A stretch of 64,000 nucleotides of DNA from Bacteroidota bacterium (GTDB lineage Bacteria; Bacteroidota; Ignavibacteria; Kryptoniales; JAKASW01). Positions 46,679 through 55,387 of this stretch are shown here, in pieces. The DNA lies in the NCBI GenBank assembly GCA_021789975.1, contig JAJYIT010000007.1, forward strand, positions 59,444 through 123,443, in the 5' to 3' direction. Position numbers and translations under genes: made by a program. The notes below the pieces were generated by a model, which searched no databases, was not told where the DNA came from, and worked only from the letters and a program-made list of their open reading frames with translations. How positions within the stretch are numbered: position 1 is the first letter of the stretch; each line of letters begins with the position of its first letter.

Positions 46679-48124
46679 CTACTTCAACAGGACCATCTTC
46701 TTAACAGAGACTTCCGTTCCTTCTTTCAAGACGGAGAAATATACCCCGCTGGCGAGGCCGTCAGCATTAAACGTCACTTCATGCTCGCCAGGAGAAAGCC
46801 TCCCATCAATCAGTGTTCTCACCTCTTGTCCCAGCACATCATAAACAGTGAGCCTTACGAGACCTTCCTTTGGCATGGAGAAATTGATCGTCGTTGATGG
46901 ATTGAACGGGTTTGGATAGTTGTTATAGAGCGCAAAATCTGATGCCTCGTCGGGTTTCCTAACGATCGGGGTCAGACTTTTCATCGTCGCAGTAATCGCT
47001 TCCAAAAGAGGTTGGCTCCCATTCGACAACACATCCTGGCTTAACTCCCAGATCATAATGCCGCCGAGACTGTCCCTTTTCGCAAACTCTGCCTTGTCTC
47101 TGACTGAATTCGTGTCCTCATAAGTGATAAATTGCGTATTGCTGCTGTTCATCAGGTACGGTTCTCTCGCTGGTTCGTACCAGTGGTAGGTCCAGCCCGT
47201 ATTGAGATTGTTGATTATATCTGAATATCTTGTATTCGTAACAGTTGAGTTCGTCAACCGCTGATAGAAACCCACAGCGCTAAAGCTGTCGCCATAAAAC
47301 GGGACACCTATCACAAGCTTGCTCTTAGGTATGTCCACGTGAACCAGTTGCCGATTGTGATAATAAGTCCCCCTTGATAACCAATAGGCAATGGCGGTAA
47401 AATCAGATCCGGCCTGGTTCGGATCGTTCGGAGTCTGGTAAAGCGGTGAATCAAATCCCGAATAAGTGGACCATGATCCGACAAAGTCATAACACATTAT
47501 GTTGAACCAATCTACTTTGTTGATGAGATAGACAAAGTCGAAGTCCCCACCGCCGTAGTTTGACGCAGGGACTGCCATTGTAATCAGCCAGCTTGAATCC
47601 AACTTGTCGAACTCTTCCCGCATTTCGCCGATGAGCGAATCGAGATTAGCAGTTTGAGCTGAGTTGGACGGTGTCTCCCAATCGATGTCTACTCCGTCGT
47701 AGCGATTAACCTGCAGAAAACTGATCATACTGGAGATAAGCGTTGCCCGAAGAGCCGAGTCCTGAGTGGCAGCGGAAAAAGCCGCTCCACTCCCCGCTCC
47801 ACCCAAGGAAATAAGGACTTTTACACCGGCCGCGTGAGCGTCCGAGACAAGCTGCGGGAAAGGAATGCCGCTATTATATGTGATCGAGCCATTCGCATCC
47901 GGGGTCCCGAAGGCAACAATGATATCGCTAAGATTGGAATACTCGACCTGATTGTAAGGTAGATTGCTGGAGTTCCAGCTTGCATAATAGCCGACTATCC
48001 TTCCGTTTTGCAACTCATTTATGTTTTGAGCAAAGGCATTGACACTCAGCAACCATAACAACCCAGGAAGAAATGCCGAGCAAACAGAGAGGTTGCTTGA
48101 TGTCGATTGCTGAAAGAGTGCCAT
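46679..48124 (-). CDS. GH18 chitinase with T9SS C-terminal sorting domain
   Basis: Signal peptide, ISLGG, DGVDIDWE catalytic motif, MCYDF, GVPFYG, ITYED, GGIMIWELSQD, NYPNPFNPSTTINF...KKMVLLK. Confidence 0.93.
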   Translation of the reverse strand: MALFQQSTSSNLSVCSAFLPGLLWLLSVNAFAQNINELQNGRIVGYYASWNSSNLPYNQVEYSNLSDIIVAFGTPDANGSITYNSGIPFPQLVSDAHAAGVKVLISLGGAGSGAAFSAATQDSALRATLISSMISFLQVNRYDGVDIDWETPSNSAQTANLDSLIGEMREEFDKLDSSWLITMAVPASNYGGGDFDFVYLINKVDWFNIMCYDFVGSWSTYSGFDSPLYQTPNDPNQAGSDFTAIAYWLSRGTYYHNRQLVHVDIPKSKLVIGVPFYGDSFSAVGFYQRLTNSTVTNTRYSDIINNLNTGWTYHWYEPAREPYLMNSSNTQFITYEDTNSVRDKAEFAKRDSLGGIMIWELSQDVLSNGSQPLLEAITATMKSLTPIVRKPDEASDFALYNNYPNPFNPSTTINFSMPKEGLVRLTVYDVLGQEVRTLIDGRLSPGEHEVTFNADGLASGVYFSVLKEGTEVSVKKMVLLK

Positions 48125-48153
48125 GCCTTTGTCAAGAGGAGAAAGTTTTAGAA

Positions 48154-48199
48154 GAAGGTTACCTTCAGCCTGGTTTGGCCAGAGAAGAAGGCAACCTTC
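48154..48199 (-). terminator. Stem-loop after the T9SS-protein gene (partial terminator or mRNA-stabilising hairpin)
   Basis: GAAGGTTACCTTC (48154-48166) and GAAGGCAACCTTC (48187-48199) form a 13-bp inverted repeat with one mismatch; pyrimidine-rich tail on the minus strand. Confidence 0.5.
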
Positions 48200-48213
48200 A
48201 ACGCAGCGTACAG

Positions 48214-49965
48214 TTACTTAAGGAGGATCATTTTCTTTGTCAGAATATTGGAGCCTTGCTGGAGTGTATAGAAGTAGACTCCGCTGGCAAACCTGTCCAT
48301 GCTCACGTCGTAAGTGTAGCTCTGGTGAGCCTGTGCCATCCCTTGATAGACCGTCATCACCGTCTGCCCAAGCACGTTAAAGATCTTGAGGCTGGTAGGT
48401 CCGTTCTTCGCCACGGTGAAGTTGATCGTCGTGGAGGGATTGAACGGGTTCGGGTAATTGTTGCTAAGCTCGAACTTTGCGGGGACTCCGCTCGGCAAAG
48501 CCTTTATTCCATCTGCCGTTCCATAGAACCAATAGAGATCACCGACCGGTTTACCATCCGTTGATGCCGTCATCAAAGTAGTGTTGCTATATTTCAGGTC
48601 ATTCGCCTCAGGTAGCGGCCATGGCGGCATATAATTGCCGGGTATTGGCTGAGGAACGTCAGTGATCTGACATCCGTAAGTCTGAGTGGTACCGGTTCCG
48701 CCTCTAACGGCAGTGAAGTACCCTTCAAGACCGTCAGCATAACCTGTCCCTGAAGTGAGGGATGCGTCGATGGAAGGTCCGAAACCGGGATCGAGATTCT
48801 GATTTCCGGATTGTACAAAACCCGGCCAGACTGTCGAATTGCTGAACATAGCCGCGGTCTCAGAATTCATGAATACCGGAGTGTAAACGGAATCCAACCC
48901 CACTCCTGCATGTGCCGTGTCGTTCCAGCTCTTGTAGAACCCGGTCAGCCCGGAAGAATAATACCAATCATTGTTCATCACTTCAATCTTCCTCATTGCC
49001 TCCGCTGCAAGAGAATCTGTCGCGCCATTTCTTGCATGACCGAGGAGCATGGCGGCGCTCGCCGAATCAAGAGGTACGAAATCGATCAACGACGGAAGAG
49101 CGCTCGGTCTAAATGAATCCCATCCTCCTGAATATTCGGTATAGTTGGTTCCACCCGCATATGCATTGTAGAAGAGATTATTATTGATCTTAGCGTTCAC
49201 AGCTCTGCCGAGGAAAAACGGATTCTTGAAGGTATTTACTATATCGCAATGGCTGCATTCGAAATATTTTGTTATAGGTGTGGTCGCAGCGCATACGTAT
49301 GCAGCGACACAGTTCAGCGTGCAGTCCTTGATAACAATCGAATCAGTCTGCCACGATCCGGCCCCGTTCTGATCACGAATGAATTCACCTTCATAGTAGT
49401 CGGAAACCGAATTAATCGAGTTCCTCATGGCGCAGTTTGTGATGAACAGGTTATCGTTGTTTGATTGATAACTGAAGGCATCACCGGTAATATCATCGAA
49501 CACGAGATTGTTTGCGTTGATGGTAATATTATCGGCCAGAATCGAAAGGCCGACTCCGTAACCGACAGTGTTCTGGATTGATAAACCGAGGAAGTAGACG
49601 TTGCTCACGTTATTAGTCGTTCCCTGCCCGCTGAACTGGAAGAAAGTTCCAGGTATCGAACCGTCTGAAAGAACGTCAGGCTGAATTGTCGGGAGCTGTC
49701 CACTGGCGGCGGGTACGCCGACGATCGATACCGACGACTTGAACGTCATGGTAGCATCGAATATGTAAGTCGTGTCGGTAGAAACGAGCTGGTACACGCT
49801 GTGATTCTGGAGTCCCGAGTTCGTAGTGTCTGCCCCGATTATGGTATCGAGGGGACCCTGGCTCGCATAAACGACCTTCGTACCGCTTTGCGCAAACGAA
49901 TGACGCGGTAAGGCCAGCAGGGCCAGCATCGCGACAATTGCTGAAGCGGTAAATAGCTTTCTCAT
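48214..49965 (-). CDS. Secreted protein with T9SS C-terminal sorting domain; Asn/Ser/Thr-rich, probably beta-helix
   Basis: AAGGAG then ATG 49965 MRKLFTASAIVAMLALLALPRHSFA-Q; repeated beta-solenoid-like segments; DGKPVGDLYW; NYPNPFNPSTTINF...KKMILLK. Confidence 0.88.
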   Translation of the reverse strand: MRKLFTASAIVAMLALLALPRHSFAQSGTKVVYASQGPLDTIIGADTTNSGLQNHSVYQLVSTDTTYIFDATMTFKSSVSIVGVPAASGQLPTIQPDVLSDGSIPGTFFQFSGQGTTNNVSNVYFLGLSIQNTVGYGVGLSILADNITINANNLVFDDITGDAFSYQSNNDNLFITNCAMRNSINSVSDYYEGEFIRDQNGAGSWQTDSIVIKDCTLNCVAAYVCAATTPITKYFECSHCDIVNTFKNPFFLGRAVNAKINNNLFYNAYAGGTNYTEYSGGWDSFRPSALPSLIDFVPLDSASAAMLLGHARNGATDSLAAEAMRKIEVMNNDWYYSSGLTGFYKSWNDTAHAGVGLDSVYTPVFMNSETAAMFSNSTVWPGFVQSGNQNLDPGFGPSIDASLTSGTGYADGLEGYFTAVRGGTGTTQTYGCQITDVPQPIPGNYMPPWPLPEANDLKYSNTTLMTASTDGKPVGDLYWFYGTADGIKALPSGVPAKFELSNNYPNPFNPSTTINFTVAKNGPTSLKIFNVLGQTVMTVYQGMAQAHQSYTYDVSMDRFASGVYFYTLQQGSNILTKKMILLK

Positions 49966-50085
49966 TTTACTTCTCCTTCTTGTTAGTTTTGACCGTTTTG
50001 AAAAACTGAACCGGGTTGGTGTTCCAAGAAACAACTAAAACTTTTATCTCCTCACCTCCTCCTTCCGAAAATGGTTTGATATGTC

Positions 50086-53000
50086 CTAGAAATTCACTCT
50101 GAGCCCGAGGTCAGCAGTCATGCCGTAGTCTGATTCAGATTGTGGCACACCAGTCGCGGCCTGGATTACATAAACATCGTTTTCGCTGTTGATATTGCTG
50201 AGGTCACCGTAGAGCTGTAATCCATACCAAGGCAGATCCTGCTTGGCAGAAAGATCCCATCTGGTATATGCAGATTCCGTAGTTCTGAGCTGAGGCCAAA
50301 AGTTTGGTCCGTTAAATCTGTTGCTATAATATTCCATCGAAACTCGGACTGAAAAACCTTTATAATCGTAGCCGAGCGCCAGATTCACTACGTTATCCGG
50401 CTGATAGAGGAGTCTGTCTGTATATGAAGTATCGACGGGGGTTATGTTCCGGCCAATTTTCTGCAAGGTCGTATACGGATATACTTCTTTTGAGAAGTTA
50501 CGAGTGTAATTAACATCCAGAATCAACCCGTTAAATGGCGCAGGCAAATACCAGAAATGAGTTTCCCAGTCGAACTCTATGCCATAGTCCGTAGCACGGT
50601 TGGGATCGTTGACATAAGTGGCAATGGAATAAACACCCGAAGGTGTCTTCGTCGGCCTGTATCTCGCAGGATAATAGTTTAACAACTGAGCTCCCTGAGG
50701 ATAGAAACTCCAGGGATAAATCAGGTCGTAAATGTGCTTTAAGAAGCCGCCGAGAGTCACTAGCCCGATTGAGTTGTCATAAGCAGAAAAATAGAGGTCA
50801 TAGTTCGTCGATCGAGAAGGGACAAGTCCGGTATTGTTCCACGAAATCGTCCCTCCGACCGTCGCAGGCACATCTATTCTCGGTATTATAGAAACGAAAT
50901 CGGGATAGGCCAGAGTATGGGTATAGGATAGACGAACGTCAAACCAGGAAAGAGGTTTATACCTCACCGACACGTCCGGTAACCAGTACCCATGATTTTC
51001 AGCTACAGTCGTATCGTATTGAGTGATCCATGGCCCGCCAAGTGCAGCCTGAGTATTCTCCTGCCCCTGGTTGCCGGTGTAGGTCGTCTGGAGATTTTGA
51101 TAGCGGACGCCACCGATCACAGTGAATTGTGGCCCGAAGTTAACTGTCGCCATCGCATAGCCGGCGGATTGACCTTCACGGCCATTATAATTATTGGTAG
51201 TGGATCCGATCTGGTCACGTGAATATGTGATCGCATCGCTGTTCTGGGCGATCACCCCGATGCTATTATCAAGATAGCTCGCCATGTCTGAAAGCATGCC
51301 GAAATTCAGCGGGTACATTATCGGATAACTACCGCCAAGAAAAGTGCCGTAGCTGTAGTTTGGATCCATAAACGGAATCATTCTGATGCTGGTGCCGGAA
51401 TAGATATACTGAGAAGGGATATTGAAGTGAGAGATGATCAGGTTATCAACGTAGGTGGCACTAGCGAGTCCCAAACCGTCGCCTCGTGTCTGGCCGTACA
51501 GATATTTTCTCGTTTCATACCTGTACACTCCGCCGAATTTTATCACCGAAGTTACGAAATCCGAGAAGTTCAAATTCGTCTCAAGATCCAGGGATGCCGT
51601 CAGAGCCCGGGCTCCCGAAAAACTGTTGAAAGTCTGCAGAGAGTTCAAATAGGTTTGAGTAGTATCGTAGTTGGCGGCTTTTGGCACTGCATGTGGGTCC
51701 AGATTCGCCTGGTTGATAAGCCCTCCGAGGCCCGCGGAGCCTTGTTGGAATGCAACCGTCCAATCGTGCGGGTCCTTTGTCTCTGTATAAGAATGAGAAA
51801 GTTCCGCGTTCACGTGGAAAACGGGAAGCTGGTACTCCAGATGCAGCGCATCGGTTATCACGCTAAGCGTGCTGTTGGAGTAATTGATTGAGTAAGTGTT
51901 GGTATTATTAGGAACACTAAACGCCTCACCCCTATTCGTAACTGCAGTGATGCCTGTGCTGAAGAAATTTGAAAACTTGATCATTCCTTTTGGCAACCTG
52001 TAATCGAGAACCAACGCTCCATCATACCGCCGGCGGTCTCTCGGGATATTGCCCAGGTTAAGACTAGAGGTAAGGTATTGGGTCAGGCTGTTTCCGAGGT
52101 TTGTATAAGAGGCGCCAAGCTCATTCGAGGAAAGGTTTACCCGTTCCACATCCCCCTGGACGAAGACACCAAATTTGTCGTCGAAGAACCTGTCCTCGAT
52201 ACTGCCGACATATTTGTAATTGTTCGTTTTGTTGTACGCATCAGAAAGTGCATTATATCCGCCCTGCACGAGCAGCCCGAATACCGGTACCCCTGGAGTT
52301 TTGACATGGGCCTCGCGTAATTGGAGGTTCACGGTTCCGCCAATCACATCTGCATCCATGTCGGGAGTTACCGTCTTCTTTACCTCCATCCCTTCCAGCA
52401 TGTTGGAAGAAATCATACTGAGGTCCACGCTCGCGTCGTTTGGGTTCGTAGAAGTTACTTGTACTCCGTTTATCAAGATGCGATTGTACTTTGGGGCTAT
52501 GCCACGAATAACTACTTCGTTTGCCTCGCCGCCGCTTCTTAAAACCGACATGCCCGGCAATCTTCCGAGCGCCTCGGCGGCATTGGCGTCCGGCAGCTCC
52601 TGGATTCGCGCGGCAGATACGACGTTTACGATATTTGAAGACGACAACTGCTGGTTGATCGCCTGGTTCTGACCGTTTGCCTGTGCTGTAACGACAACCT
52701 CTTTTCCCTGGATGCCGACGGCCTCGAGTCTGATATTGACTCTCACCGTTGCGCCTTCACCCACATTCACCTTCGTGTCTTTCGCCTTGTAACCTACATA
52801 CGTCGCACGAAGAGTGTAAGTGGCAGGTGGCACATCCCGGATCGTAAAATTACCGTTCAGATCCGTCGATGCACCAAAGCTCGTACCAACCAGAAGCACG
52901 TTTGCTCCTGGTAGCGGCTCACCAGTCTGGGCATCTCTCACAGATCCGGTGACGCTTGCACTGGCAGCCAATGCCGAGCTTGCGAGCGACATGATTGTCG

Positions 53001-53109
53001 CCATAATAAAAGAGACAAAGAAAAGATTGACTACTTTGTTTGAGGTGTCCGCAAGCGAATTGCGGCGGACGCGTCGATCGGTTGGACAATTGATGATAGA
53101 AAGGGGCAT
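50086..53109 (-). CDS. TonB-dependent receptor with N-terminal CarboxypepD_reg-like domain
   Basis: TGEPLPGANV..GASTDLNG.F, ELPDANAAEALGRLPG, VKKTVTPDMDADVIGG, terminal LGLRVNF; AAGGAGG RBS. Confidence 0.95.
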   Translation of the reverse strand: MPLSIINCPTDRRVRRNSLADTSNKVVNLFFVSFIMATIMSLASSALAASASVTGSVRDAQTGEPLPGANVLLVGTSFGASTDLNGNFTIRDVPPATYTLRATYVGYKAKDTKVNVGEGATVRVNIRLEAVGIQGKEVVVTAQANGQNQAINQQLSSSNIVNVVSAARIQELPDANAAEALGRLPGMSVLRSGGEANEVVIRGIAPKYNRILINGVQVTSTNPNDASVDLSMISSNMLEGMEVKKTVTPDMDADVIGGTVNLQLREAHVKTPGVPVFGLLVQGGYNALSDAYNKTNNYKYVGSIEDRFFDDKFGVFVQGDVERVNLSSNELGASYTNLGNSLTQYLTSSLNLGNIPRDRRRYDGALVLDYRLPKGMIKFSNFFSTGITAVTNRGEAFSVPNNTNTYSINYSNSTLSVITDALHLEYQLPVFHVNAELSHSYTETKDPHDWTVAFQQGSAGLGGLINQANLDPHAVPKAANYDTTQTYLNSLQTFNSFSGARALTASLDLETNLNFSDFVTSVIKFGGVYRYETRKYLYGQTRGDGLGLASATYVDNLIISHFNIPSQYIYSGTSIRMIPFMDPNYSYGTFLGGSYPIMYPLNFGMLSDMASYLDNSIGVIAQNSDAITYSRDQIGSTTNNYNGREGQSAGYAMATVNFGPQFTVIGGVRYQNLQTTYTGNQGQENTQAALGGPWITQYDTTVAENHGYWLPDVSVRYKPLSWFDVRLSYTHTLAYPDFVSIIPRIDVPATVGGTISWNNTGLVPSRSTNYDLYFSAYDNSIGLVTLGGFLKHIYDLIYPWSFYPQGAQLLNYYPARYRPTKTPSGVYSIATYVNDPNRATDYGIEFDWETHFWYLPAPFNGLILDVNYTRNFSKEVYPYTTLQKIGRNITPVDTSYTDRLLYQPDNVVNLALGYDYKGFSVRVSMEYYSNRFNGPNFWPQLRTTESAYTRWDLSAKQDLPWYGLQLYGDLSNINSENDVYVIQAATGVPQSESDYGMTADLGLRVNF

Positions 53110-53330
53110 TCCCGATTCCTCCTTCTTGTGAAGAATTACGTATCCTTATGCATATATCTCAAGAGGATCCACCACGTTATGCCGATATGGGATAACGCGA
53201 ATTGATCCATGTGTCCGCGATGTTCAGAAGTGGGTCTTGGTGAAAATCAGATAGGTGATTTCGCGATAGCATATTTGCAAAAGTTCAAGTCTCCTCTCTT
53301 TAAGTTCAGTGAGCTTGCTTTGACTCGCAC

Positions 53331-53359
53331 AATCTAACTTCCCTGCAGTTTATTGTCAA
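53331..53359 (-). promoter_or_regulatory. sigma70-type promoter for the TBDR-chitin operon
   Basis: Minus strand TTGACA (53359-53354), 17-nt spacer, TAGATT (53336-53331). Confidence 0.7.
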
Positions 53360-53362
53360 GCT

Positions 53363-53385
53363 GAATTTTCAGAAGCAAATAGAAT
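53363..53385. promoter_or_regulatory. Candidate ROK (NagC/Mlc-type) operator abutting the -35 box
   Basis: GAATTTTCAGAAGCAAATAGAAT has TT-N9-AA geometry and shares GCAAATA with the 55120 palindrome. Confidence 0.45.
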
Positions 53386-53800
53386 ACCAAGTATTCGCAC
53401 ATAGGTCGGATTACCCCAAAAAATCGATAATCCCGAAGGGCTTCAGTCGTTTCCCATAGAAGCGGCGTGAAACATCTGGTGTGTTTGTATTAAACAAAAA
53501 TATTCCCCCTTTTCCCTTCTAGGCGAGCTGCATACATCCGATTCGCCGCCACCGAGTGAAAGGGTAGCGTCTGAATGTAAAAAGTCGTTCCTTAGAAGCG
53601 CGGTCGACACAACAGAATTCCTACTACACGCTGACGAACCGGGAATGAAAATTCTTTGTGGAACTTTGATCCCGCCAAAGAGTTGCGATCAGATCTCTTC
53701 GGAACTTTTCACTAGGATTTTGTTGAGGCTGTCCTATGTGTCGCGTCTTTCTCTTATCCGTCCAACAATTCCGCACACTAACCTTTGCGGATTCATGACA

Positions 53801-55003
53801 CTAATCTTCTTCCAACGTCTCTTCACTTCCATTGACAAGTCTGACAGTTGGCACCCGAAAGTATTCGCTGAGCACGAGGCACGCAGCACCGGTGGCGACC
53901 GAATAATGTCCGTGAGAGCTCGTTACCATCTTCACCGCCTCACTCGTTACCGCGAGGAGCTCCATGTCCATCACGCTCTTTACTGGAGCCACGATAACAT
54001 CTCCCAGCTCCGCAACGTCTCCCGATAGGACCAGCATATCCGGGTTGAACGCCGCTACAACTCTGCTGATGTTTCTTCCGATCTGGTAGCCGAGTCTCTC
54101 GAAGAACGTTAGTGCGATCTTGTCACCTTTCTTGGCAGCGTCAATCAAGATGTCGATGCTTATATCCTTTGGAGATTGATCGTATGCCTTCAGCACTTCT
54201 CCGTCGGTGAGGTGTGTCCTGACGTTCAATAGCATGTCGTGCAAGTCGGACATCGAAGGGTTGATTTCTCCAGCCGAGAAAGATGAACCACGATACAATT
54301 CTTCGTTCACAAGGAACCCGATGCCGATTGCACCGACTCCTTCGTCGACTTCGATCAGCACGTTGAGACAATTCCTGCTCTCCTTCGCAACGCCGATCCA
54401 CTTGTCTCCTACCACCGACGCGTTGGCATTGTTCTCAAGCATTACGGGGTACGGCAACGCCTTGCCAAGTGTTTCAAGCAGGGGAACATTGACTTCCTGC
54501 AGCACATCCGTCATAACCAGGACACCTGAATTGCTGTTGACAATACCGGCGACCGCAACACCGATCCCTAATATGTTGGCTGGATCAAGGTTTGATTCTC
54601 GGATGATGTCGTTTACTACCCTGACCATTTCCTGTACGAGCTCATCGACATTCTTGAAGTTCGCTATCTTGTACACTTTTTTCTTAATTATCTCAGAGCT
54701 GAAATCAAGTATCACCGCAGTTACCTGACCAATTTCGAGATCGATCCCGATAGCATAAGCAGCTTCGCGGTTCAGGCCCCACAAAAATGGTTTCTTTCCC
54801 CCTTTGTCCGTAGAGTCGCCCTTCCCGAGATTTAGAACGAGGGAGTTGTTTGTCAGATCCTTTAAGATGTTGAAGATCGTCGAAGGCTGCATCCCGGTTA
54901 CGCGGACGAGGTCCGAGCTTGAAATGATCCTGTTCAGCCTGACCAGGTTAAGGACTAGCCTCTGGTTGATGTTTTTTAGGAGCCTATGATCACCCGTTTG
55001 CAT
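53801..55003 (-). CDS. ROK-family transcriptional regulator (NagC/XylR-like)
   Basis: N-terminal HTH (INQRLVLNLVR...ISSSDLVRVTGMQPSTI), KGGKKP, IGIDLE, LGIGVAVAGIV, LENNANA, SAGEI. Confidence 0.92.
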   Translation of the reverse strand: MQTGDHRLLKNINQRLVLNLVRLNRIISSSDLVRVTGMQPSTIFNILKDLTNNSLVLNLGKGDSTDKGGKKPFLWGLNREAAYAIGIDLEIGQVTAVILDFSSEIIKKKVYKIANFKNVDELVQEMVRVVNDIIRESNLDPANILGIGVAVAGIVNSNSGVLVMTDVLQEVNVPLLETLGKALPYPVMLENNANASVVGDKWIGVAKESRNCLNVLIEVDEGVGAIGIGFLVNEELYRGSSFSAGEINPSMSDLHDMLLNVRTHLTDGEVLKAYDQSPKDISIDILIDAAKKGDKIALTFFERLGYQIGRNISRVVAAFNPDMLVLSGDVAELGDVIVAPVKSVMDMELLAVTSEAVKMVTSSHGHYSVATGAACLVLSEYFRVPTVRLVNGSEETLEED

Positions 55004-55119
55004 CTTTATTCCTACCGCTTCTTTTAGTCCAATGGAACTATCTATTTCGGCAGACTCCGCTTGTTTCGAGTCACCGGTACCATGAAATTATAATCAAATC
55101 GCATGTATACTTACAATTT

Positions 55120-55142
55120 GAATATTTTTGTTGCAAATATTC
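55120..55142. promoter_or_regulatory. 23-bp palindrome, candidate ROK operator between divergent promoters
   Basis: GAATATTT-TTGTTGC-AAATATTC; overlaps + strand TTGCAA-N17-TATCGT (55131-55159) and adjoins minus-strand TTGTAA-N18-TATAAT (55116-55087). Confidence 0.6.
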
Positions 55143-55387
55143 TCCCCTTTGCTTATCGTTCAAATGATTCAAGGTTAGCTGGCAGGCTATGTGATTCACG
55201 ATATCATAGTTCGCCTCAGTCCCGGAACAGCACGAATTCACGTCTCGATGTGTTCATATAACATACCTTGCTGGTACATGGGACGGTATTTCAACTCCCT
55301 ATATATTTCATTTTGTTTAAGAAGCACCATTGACAACTTTCATCAAGAATCCAACCACTCATTAGATTTATCCTGGAGACAATTCCA

